Positions 28,201 to 35,664 of a stretch of DNA of 64,000 nucleotides are shown here, in pieces. Where the stretch lies: positions 576,001-640,000 of the forward strand of contig OY729431.1 of the NCBI GenBank assembly GCA_963422395.1, given 5' to 3'. A program made the position numbers and the translations under genes. Below the pieces are notes generated by a model. It searched no databases. It saw nothing but the letters and a program-made list of their open reading frames with translations, and was not told where the DNA came from. The stretch comes from Vicinamibacteria bacterium (lineage in GTDB: Bacteria; Acidobacteriota; Vicinamibacteria; Marinacidobacterales; Marinacidobacteraceae). Each line of letters begins with the position of its first letter. Position 1 is the stretch's first letter.

Positions 28201-29342
28201 GCTCCCGCCCATCTTCCGATCTGCTGGCCGCCGCGCCGTTTCCGCGCCTTGCCGGGCTGGCCGCCGGCGGCCGCCTGTCGCCGAGCCTGCTGCTCGCCGG
28301 ACCGTCGGGCGCCCCGACCGCCGAGGCGGCCATCGCGCTGGCAGCCATCGTGAACAGCCCCGACGGGGAGCCCGATTCGAAAGCCACCCGCGAGCTCGAG
28401 GAGCGCATCCGCTGCACCGAAGAACTGGCCCGGTCCACTGCCGGGCGAGATCCTGGCGGCGGTTGGCCGGGACCCGGAGCCGGACCGTACCCCGATGTGC
28501 GGATCGTCCGGCCGGAGAGCGGGAAACCGATCCGGGTCGAGGAGATCCGGACCGCGGTCGCAGCGACCCGGAGCCGCCCCTTCGAGGGGCGGCGGCGCTT
28601 TCTCATCATCGTGGAAGCGGACGCCATGAACCCGCCCGCGGCGAACGCCCTCCTCAAGACGCTCGAGGAACCGCACGACCGTCTCGGGGTCATCGTCTGC
28701 GCGATCCAGGAGGCGGCGCTTCTGTCCACCATCGTCTCCCGCTGCCAGCGCTGGCGGTTCCGGGCGCCCACCGCGCCGGAGGTCGCTGCCTGGCTCCAGG
28801 AACACCACGGCTATTCGGAGGAGGAGGCCGCGGCCGCGGCCGCGGCTGCGAGGGGTGATCGGAATCGGGCCCTGGCCCTCGCCCGCGACCGGCTCCTGCC
28901 GCTCGCCGAGGAGGCCGAACGGATCGCCGCGGTCGTGGGTCGGGGCATACCGGCTCCGGCTCGCGCCGCGCTGACCGAGCGGCTGGCCAAAGCGTCGCCG
29001 CGTTCCCGAAAGGCAGGAGGCCCGCCGGAGGAACTGCGAACGCTGCTGGTCCTGGTGCGGGCGGTGCTGCGCGACCTGGCGGCGCTCCACTCGGGCGCGA
29101 AGCCGCTCACCGGGGGCCGGAGCGGCCGACTGCGGCAGCTCGCAGCGCTGGCACCGGGCCGCGCCTTCGCCGAAGCGGCGCTCCTGGTGGAGGACGCCGA
29201 TCGGAAAATGCACCACTTCCACGGCAACAAACGAATGCAGCTGGATGCGCTGCTGCTGGGTTTCAACGAGATCGCCCGGCCGCTGGTCCTCGCCCGGATG
29301 CGGAATGAACTGCAGCAGAAGCGGGCAGCGGGAACCGGCTGA
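28197..29342 (+). CDS. holB: DNA polymerase III delta' subunit
   Basis: YPDV, IRVEEIR, ADAMN..AANALLKTLEEP, TIVSRCQ; tmk-holB synteny. Confidence 0.88.
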   Translation: MSSRPSSDLLAAAPFPRLAGLAAGGRLSPSLLLAGPSGAPTAEAAIALAAIVNSPDGEPDSKATRELEERIRCTEELARSTAGRDPGGGWPGPGAGPYPDVRIVRPESGKPIRVEEIRTAVAATRSRPFEGRRRFLIIVEADAMNPPAANALLKTLEEPHDRLGVIVCAIQEAALLSTIVSRCQRWRFRAPTAPEVAAWLQEHHGYSEEEAAAAAAAARGDRNRALALARDRLLPLAEEAERIAAVVGRGIPAPARAALTERLAKASPRSRKAGGPPEELRTLLVLVRAVLRDLAALHSGAKPLTGGRSGRLRQLAALAPGRAFAEAALLVEDADRKMHHFHGNKRMQLDALLLGFNEIARPLVLARMRNELQQKRAAGTG

Positions 29343-29582
29343 AGCCGCTACTCCGCCTGCGCAGCTTCGGTCCGGCGGCGGCTCCCCGACCGCAGCTCCG
29401 CCGGTTGGCCAGCGAATCCGCGAGGGGTGCATTTGAAATCCGGACAGTAGAATCGGAACCCGCGGCCTTCGGGGCTTCCCGGCCGGCCGCGGTACCGCCT
29501 TTTTCTGCACATTCCGAATCCCGGACACGGCCCGCGCGACCCCACGATTCGCGCCCTTTCGATTCGAAGGAGTCTCCTGCTC

Positions 29583-30140
29583 ATGGTTTCCGTCTTCTCT
29601 CTCTGGCTGCCGATCCTGGCGGCTGCAGCAGCAGTCTTCCTCGTCAGCTGGGTGCTCCACACCGTCCTCCGCTGGCACCAGAAGGATGTGGCGGCCATCC
29701 CCGACGAGCGCAGAGTCGCCGACGCGCTCCGCCCTTTCGCGATCTCACCCGGCGACTATGTGATGCCCCACGCCGCGGACATGAAGGAGATGAGCACGCC
29801 GGAATTCCTCGAGAAGACCCAGGCAGGTCCAGTGGCCATCCTGACCGTCTTTCCGAACGAACCGTTCGCGATGGGGAAAACACTCGTCCAGTGGTTCGCT
29901 TACAGCATCCTCGTCGGCGGGCTGGCAGGCCATGTCGCCGGCTTCAGCCTGGGACCCGGCGCCGAAGCCGCCGCCGTTTTGCGGGTGGTCGGCGCGGTGA
30001 CCTTCGCCGGGTATTCGCTCGCCATCCTCCAGGCTTCCATCTGGTGGGGCAGGAGCTGGGGGTACACGCTCCGCACGATGGCGGACGGTCTGCTCTACGC
30101 GCTGCTCACCGGCGGAATCTTCGCCTGGCTCTGGCCCTGA
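29583..30140 (+). CDS. Hypothetical membrane protein
   Basis: About 4 TM helices; AAGGAG RBS. Confidence 0.8.
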   Translation: MVSVFSLWLPILAAAAAVFLVSWVLHTVLRWHQKDVAAIPDERRVADALRPFAISPGDYVMPHAADMKEMSTPEFLEKTQAGPVAILTVFPNEPFAMGKTLVQWFAYSILVGGLAGHVAGFSLGPGAEAAAVLRVVGAVTFAGYSLAILQASIWWGRSWGYTLRTMADGLLYALLTGGIFAWLWP

Positions 30141-30519
30141 CCGGCAATCGACAGCGGTTCAGGCGGCGAACCCGCGTCCGGGCGATCACCGCGGGGTGCC
30201 TGCTTCTCGCCTTCGCCGCCAGCGGCTGTTCCATCGTGTTGGTCCACGGTCCTCCGCGCCCGGGCGAATCGGACCACGACCCGACGGGCCGTTACGAAGC
30301 CGGCGTGCCCTGCACCAGCAGCAGGGCGTGGCCCCTCCTCGACACCGCGATCCTCCTCTGGGTTCTCGCCGTGACCTCGACCTACGATCAGACCGACGAC
30401 CAGATAGACGGCAGTCTGACTGCGGCGGCGGCGGCGATTTCCGCGTGGGTCGGCTACGGCGGACGAGTGCCTGCCGCCAAGCGCAGGCAGCAGCCGTCGG
30501 GCCGCCCCCGTTCGGCTGA
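30137..30519 (+). pseudogene. Small lipoprotein with apparent frameshift near 30460
   Basis: Basic n-region and lipobox LAFAASGC; Cys in CTSS; C-terminus TSACRQA lies in another frame. Confidence 0.5.
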
Positions 30520-30526
30520 GCACCGG

Positions 30527-31200
30527 GCGGTTCGGGAACGGGGCGTTGCCGCTCGTCCCACGAGAGTGCGCAACGCAACCCGACCTCCACGCCCCGTGCG
30601 AGAGGTTTCGACCCTTTTTCGAGGCCCGGGGAGGCATGTTGCGCCCGAGGCTATGGCTCGGGCGCGGCACAGCGGGGGAAAGTGTGAAAGGGGGTTTACC
30701 CCCGTTCACAGAGTAGTGACTCGGAATCGCACTCGCTGCCGCCCACTGCGGCAATGGCTGGAGATGGGGTTCGAGGAACGGAGGGAGCGGCAGGAGTGCG
30801 GATTCCCGGCGCGAAGCGCCGAGCGGTTCGGGAACGGGGCGTTCCCACTCGTCTCACCAGGGTGCGAGACGCGGCATGACCTCCACGCCCCGTTCGAGAG
30901 AGTAGCGACCCCCGTCCGTGGCCCAAAACGAACTGTTGCGCCCGAGGCTATGGCTCGGGCGCGGCACAGCGGGGGAAAGTGTGAAAGGGGGTTTACCCCC
31001 TTTCACGAATTGGTGACCCGGAATCGCACTCGCTGCCGCCCACTGCGGCAATGGCTGGGGATGGGGTTCGAGGAACGGAGGGAGCGGCAGGAGTGCGGAT
31101 TCCCGGCGCGGAGCGCCGGGCGGTTCGGGAACGGGGCGTTCCCACTCGTCCCACCAGGGTGCGAGACGCGGCATGACCTCACGCCCCGTTCCCGAACCGC
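30527..31200. repeat. Tandem ~297-bp structured repeat, about 2.3 copies
   Basis: GCGGTTCGGGAACGGGGCG recurs at 30527, 30823 and 31120; several internal hairpins. Confidence 0.92.
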
Positions 31201-31206
31201 TCTGCC

Positions 31207-31731
31207 TCAGCCGAGTGCCGCGCGGATTTCGCGGGCAGCCTCGCGCTCGCGGACGGTCTCTCGCTGGTCGCGATTGCTCTTGCCCCGGGCGAGCGCGACC
31301 TGCACCTTGATCCAGCCGTTCCGCAGGTAGATCCGCAGCGGCACCAGGGTGAGGCCCGCGGTCGTCAGCTTGCCGGCGATCTCCTGCACCTCGTCACCGT
31401 GGAGCAGGAGCTTTCGGTTGCGCTCGGGATCGCCATGATCCGCCGGGGCGTGGGCATAGGGCGCGATGTGGCACTTCACCAGGAAGAGCTCGCCGTTCCG
31501 CACCCGGCCGTAGGCGTCCTTGAGGTTCGCTCCGCCCGCCCGGCAGGACTTCACTTCGGGGCCGGTGAGGGCGATCCCGGCCTCGAATCGATCGAGCAGG
31601 GTGAAGTTCCGCCGCGCCCTTCGGTTCTCGGCGAGGACCTGCCCGGCCGCAGGAGCCCCGGAACCCGACCGCGAACCCGAACCGCCGGAGCGGAGACGGC
31701 GCTTCTTCCGCGCCGTCTTCTTTCGACTCAC
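31207..31731 (-). CDS. smpB: SsrA-binding protein SmpB
   Basis: NRRAR, FEAGIAL.G.EVKS, R.RKLLLH, GLTLVPL and LARGK. Confidence 0.96.
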   Translation of the reverse strand: MSRKKTARKKRRLRSGGSGSRSGSGAPAAGQVLAENRRARRNFTLLDRFEAGIALTGPEVKSCRAGGANLKDAYGRVRNGELFLVKCHIAPYAHAPADHGDPERNRKLLLHGDEVQEIAGKLTTAGLTLVPLRIYLRNGWIKVQVALARGKSNRDQRETVREREAAREIRAALG

Positions 31732-31827
31732 GACCCCCTCCTGCTCTCTCGTTCGCAGGCGAGTTTAGCGAGCCTTCCCGGGCCGGTCGGCGCGGCCTCC
31801 CGGTAGTTACCATCGGGGGATCGAGCG

Positions 31828-33057
31828 ATGCCGGAGTTCGGATGCCAGGTCGGCGAACCCGGGGGGGAGCTCCGCCGTCTCCGCGTCGAAGCCGGGAACG
31901 CCGAGGCGGCGAGACGCCAGCTTCGCGACCAGGGATTCCATGTGTTCGCGGTGCGGCGCGTCTCGACCCTCGCCGGTCTCCGGCGGCTCCTCGGCGGAGC
32001 CGCGGTCTTCCGCCGTCGGCGGGCGGTCCGAAGCCGCGAGGTGCTCCTCTTCAACCAGGAACTCGCCGCGCTGCTGCGCGCCGGGCTGCCGCTCGCCGAA
32101 GCGCTCGCCATCATGGTGGAACGCATGGAAAACCGAACGCTGCGGCTTTCGGTCGAGGCGATCCTGGCGGAAGTCCGGGCGGGCGCCCCGATGAGCGCTG
32201 CGGTGAAGCGCCATTCGTTCTTCCCCGGCGTGTATTCCGCTTGCCTGCAGGCGGGAGAGACGAGCGGCGATCTCGCCGGGATGCTGTCCCGGTTCACCGA
32301 CTCGATGCGGGTGGCGGTGAAGGCGCAGTCCAACCTGACCGCGGCGCTGGTCTATCCGGCGTTCTTGCTGGCGGCGCTGCTCGGCACCGCCGCTTTCCTG
32401 CTGCTCGGGGTGGTGCCGAACTTCATCCCCTTCTTCGCCGGCTTCGACCAGGAGCTTCCCGCCCTGACGATGGTCCTGCTCGGCGCCGCCGAGTTCCTGC
32501 GGGATCGGTTCTGGTGGGTCGCCGCCGGGCTCGCCGCCTCGGGTGCGGTTTTCGCCGCCTGGTCACGGACGAAGCGCGCCGGACGGCTTCGCGACCGCTG
32601 GGTCCTGCGCCTCCCGGCGGTCGGCGAAGTGCTGCGGCTCTACGCGATGTCCCAGTTCAGTCGAGCTCTCGGAACCCTGCTCGCCGGGGGCATGCCGCTC
32701 GCGAACGCCATTCCGGTGGCGGCCGGCGGGATCGGCAACCGCCACCTGCGCTCCTCGATCGAACCCACTGCCCGGCAGGTCCGCGAGGGCCGCTCCTTCG
32801 TGGACGCGCTGGCCGAGACCGGTGAGATCCCCGGATTCGCGCTCCAGTTGGTCCGGGTGGGGGAAGGCGCCGGTGACCTCGCCCGGATGGTGACTGCGAT
32901 CGCCGACTTCAACGACGAGGCCATCGAGAACCGGATGACCGTTCTACTCAGCCTGCTGACTCCGGTCGTCCTCGTCCTGCTGGGCGGTTTCGTGGCGCTC
33001 GTGCTGCTCGCCATCTACCTGCCGCTCTTCAGCCTCGCCTCGGTCCCGCAGTTCTGA
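31828..33057 (+). CDS. Type II secretion / type IV pilus platform protein (GspF/PilC)
   Basis: FNQELAALLRAGLPL, GE.SG.L, AL.YP and second GE..G.L domain. Confidence 0.93.
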   Translation: MPEFGCQVGEPGGELRRLRVEAGNAEAARRQLRDQGFHVFAVRRVSTLAGLRRLLGGAAVFRRRRAVRSREVLLFNQELAALLRAGLPLAEALAIMVERMENRTLRLSVEAILAEVRAGAPMSAAVKRHSFFPGVYSACLQAGETSGDLAGMLSRFTDSMRVAVKAQSNLTAALVYPAFLLAALLGTAAFLLLGVVPNFIPFFAGFDQELPALTMVLLGAAEFLRDRFWWVAAGLAASGAVFAAWSRTKRAGRLRDRWVLRLPAVGEVLRLYAMSQFSRALGTLLAGGMPLANAIPVAAGGIGNRHLRSSIEPTARQVREGRSFVDALAETGEIPGFALQLVRVGEGAGDLARMVTAIADFNDEAIENRMTVLLSLLTPVVLVLLGGFVALVLLAIYLPLFSLASVPQF

Positions 33058-33560
33058 TGCGTTCGAGCCTTTCCCCGAAGCGCCGGCGGGGGCGGGAGGA
33101 AGGTTTCACCCTGATCGAGCTGGTGATCGCCGCGGGGATCCTCGCGGTGCTCGCCCTCGCGATCATCCCGGTGGCGAAGGTGAGTTCGGTGCGGGTGAAG
33201 GAGATCGAGCTGCGCCGGAACCTGCGCACCGTCCGGATGGCGATCGACGCCTACCGGGAAGCCGCCGAGGTGGGCGAGATCGACGGCGATTTCGTCGAGC
33301 CCGACCACGAGAACTACCCGCCCACCCTCGAATCGCTGGTGGAAGGAGTGCCGGGGCCCCGCCGGGAAGACGGGAGGACCCCGGTGGTCCGTTTTCTCCG
33401 ACGCTTACCGCTCGACCCGATCACCGGACGCGCTGACTGGCTGCTGCGTTCCTACCAGGACGACTTGGACACCCTCTCCTGGGGCGGCGAGAATGTGTAC
33501 GACCTGCGCTCCGCCTCTCCGCGGACCGCACTCGACGGAACTCCCTACCGGTCATGGTGA
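33057..33560 (+). CDS. Pseudopilin, GspG-like
   Basis: Prepilin site GFTLIE; YPPTLE.LV, FLRRLPLDP and DGTPY..W. Confidence 0.9.
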   Translation: MRSSLSPKRRRGREEGFTLIELVIAAGILAVLALAIIPVAKVSSVRVKEIELRRNLRTVRMAIDAYREAAEVGEIDGDFVEPDHENYPPTLESLVEGVPGPRREDGRTPVVRFLRRLPLDPITGRADWLLRSYQDDLDTLSWGGENVYDLRSASPRTALDGTPYRSW

Positions 33561-33961
33561 ACCCTGGCCCCCGCGCTCCCGGAGACGCCGGCTTCAGCTT
33601 CATCGAGATGGTGCTGGTGCTGTTGGTGCTGGGAGTGCTCTTCGGGATGGCGGTGCCGCGCTACCAGGCGCAGGTCGTGAAGGCGAAGGAAGCGGTCCTT
33701 TCGCACAACCTCGCGGTGCTGCGCGAGCGGCTCGACCAGTACCGCGCCGACCGCGACGAGTTCCCGAACAGCCTGGCGGAACTGGTCGTCTCCGGGTACC
33801 TCCGGGGAATCCCCGAGGACCCCATGACCCAGTCCATCCTCTGGGAGGAAGTGCGGGACGGCTACGACCCGCTGTTCCCCGATGCCCCGGCGGGGGTGTC
33901 CGATGTGCAGAGCCGCTCGGCGGAGCTGGGCAGCGACGGGCGGCCGTACCGTGAGTGGTGA
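33554..33961 (+). CDS. Pseudopilin, GspG-like
   Basis: GFSFIE; KAKEAVL and YLRGIPEDP. Confidence 0.9.
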   Translation: MVNPGPRAPGDAGFSFIEMVLVLLVLGVLFGMAVPRYQAQVVKAKEAVLSHNLAVLRERLDQYRADRDEFPNSLAELVVSGYLRGIPEDPMTQSILWEEVRDGYDPLFPDAPAGVSDVQSRSAELGSDGRPYREW

Positions 33962-34565
33962 GGTGCGCCCCGGCGGGCGCGGAAGCGCCCCCGGCTATGT
34001 GCTCTTCGGGGTGCTCGTCGGGGCGGTGCTCCTTTCCCTCGGGATGATGGCGGCGGTCAGTCTCTGGAGCCGGGTGGTCCAGCGCGAACGCGAAGCCGAG
34101 CTGCTGTTCCGGGGCGAGGCGATCGTCCGCGCCCTCGATCGCTACCAGCAGGATCGGCCGGGAACCCTTCCCGAGACCCTCGACGAGCTCGTGGAAGGGC
34201 GCTACTTGCGGCGTGCCTTTCGCGATCCCATGACCCGCGGCCCGTTCCGCCTGCTCCGCGCCGAAGGCGCCGCGGGGGAAACCGTCGGCGGCCCCCCACC
34301 GAATCCGCGGGAAGACGCCCCCTTCGCCGCCTCTCCCGGGGAAACCGGAGAGCGCAGCGGAGAAGGCGGGAGAGGAGGGGAAGACGAAGAGGGAGAGGAC
34401 GACGGATCGGGCTCCGACTCCGGGGCGTCCCGGGGCATCGTCGGCGTGGTGAGCACCAGCGATGCGCTCAGCTTTCGCACCTACGAAGGCGCCCGTCGCT
34501 ACAGCGAGTGGAGGTTCGAGGTCTCGGCTGCGGCCTCCGCCGGCCGCCGCTCCCGGGAGCGCTGA
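33951..34565 (+). CDS. Minor pseudopilin-like type II secretion protein
   Basis: GYVL hydrophobic N-terminus; QREREAELLFRG, YLRR.FRDPMT and YSEWRF. Confidence 0.85.
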   Translation: MSGEVRPGGRGSAPGYVLFGVLVGAVLLSLGMMAAVSLWSRVVQREREAELLFRGEAIVRALDRYQQDRPGTLPETLDELVEGRYLRRAFRDPMTRGPFRLLRAEGAAGETVGGPPPNPREDAPFAASPGETGERSGEGGRGGEDEEGEDDGSGSDSGASRGIVGVVSTSDALSFRTYEGARRYSEWRFEVSAAASAGRRSRER

Positions 34566-35607
34566 GACCCGGAACAGAAACATTGCTTCGGCCTTCCGCC
34601 GCGTAGAAGTCGGTTCGGATCGGCGGGTCCGTCCGGTAGCCGATCTGTCCCCGGTGGAAGAGCCGGCTGCCGGCGCCCCCGTTCGGTCCCATCAGGCCCT
34701 CTTTCTCGAGCCTGTCGATCACCACCTGGTGGGCGCCGTTCCAGATGTCCACTGCGACCCAGCGCCGTCCGAGCCGCTCGGCGGCAACCGGCGTCGTGGC
34801 GCACCCGGCGAAGGGGTCCAGGACCAGATCCCCCCGGTTCGAGGAGGCGGCGATGATCCTCTCGTAGAGCGCCAGGGGCTTTTGGGTCGGATACCCGGTT
34901 CGCTCGGGATTCCAACCGGTCACCGTCTTGATGTCGTCCCACCAGTCGGTCAGCGGAGTGCCGCGGTCCAGGTCGATCCGGTTGTGCGGTCCGGAATAGG
35001 TGCTGTGGATTCCGACCGCCTGGGTATTGGCCTTGTACGGTTTGCGCTCGGTGTGGAAGGTGTATTCCCTGGACTTGGTGTACCGCAAGATGATGTCGTG
35101 CTTCCGCGGAAAGTCGTTTCGCGGGACGCCGCCGCCGGAATAGCACCAGACGATCTCGTTGCGGAAATTGCGCCTGCCGAAGATCGAGTCCAGGAGTTGT
35201 TTCAGGTAGTGGGAAGCCGTTGGGTCGCAATGCAGGTAGAGGCTTCCGGTATCTCGAAGCACCCTTCGCATTTCGAGGAGCCGCACCCCGAGGAAACACA
35301 GGAAGGCACCCATATCGTCGCCGTAACTCCCTCGCGCGGCCTGGATGACCCGAAGAACATTCGGCCGATCGTCCTCGATCCGATCCAGCCAGGCCTGGTG
35401 CTCATCGCCGTTCCAGCTCCATCGATCGAGAAAGGAGGCGCCGCGCGCGAGGCTGTCGGGGGCCGCCTGGAAGTTCTTCCCCTTGTTGAAGGGAGGATCG
35501 GTAGCGATGAGATCGACCGTCCTCGAGTTCATCCCTCGAAGCACGGGAAGGTTGTCTGCGTGGTACAGCGTCCTCGACGCGAAGTTCGGTTGGGGTGGGC
35601 AGGACAG
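34468..35607 (-). CDS. Orphan N6/N4 DNA methyltransferase (beta class); probable CTG start; C-terminus possibly truncated
   Basis: TLYHADNL, IATDPPF, YPTQKP and VLDPFAGCAT; GGAGG 7 nt before CTG 35607. Confidence 0.88.
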   Translation of the reverse strand: MSCPPQPNFASRTLYHADNLPVLRGMNSRTVDLIATDPPFNKGKNFQAAPDSLARGASFLDRWSWNGDEHQAWLDRIEDDRPNVLRVIQAARGSYGDDMGAFLCFLGVRLLEMRRVLRDTGSLYLHCDPTASHYLKQLLDSIFGRRNFRNEIVWCYSGGGVPRNDFPRKHDIILRYTKSREYTFHTERKPYKANTQAVGIHSTYSGPHNRIDLDRGTPLTDWWDDIKTVTGWNPERTGYPTQKPLALYERIIAASSNRGDLVLDPFAGCATTPVAAERLGRRWVAVDIWNGAHQVVIDRLEKEGLMGPNGGAGSRLFHRGQIGYRTDPPIRTDFYAAEGRSNVSVPGLSAPGSGGRRRPQPRPRTSTRCSDGRLRRCES

Positions 35608-35664
35608 TGCGAATCCTCCCTCGGTGTGGGTATGGGGTCCGGTGGACGATGCTCTCCCCGGAAG

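Noticed and set aside
30527-31200. tmRNA (ssrA) or CRISPR array next to smpB
   Set aside because: No tRNA-like tmRNA termini; the intervals between repeats are near-identical to each other rather than unique spacers; no cas genes
29405-31330. 641-aa ORF with internal repeats
   Set aside because: Crosses a real gene out of frame and the non-coding structured repeat; only 30137-30460 looks coding
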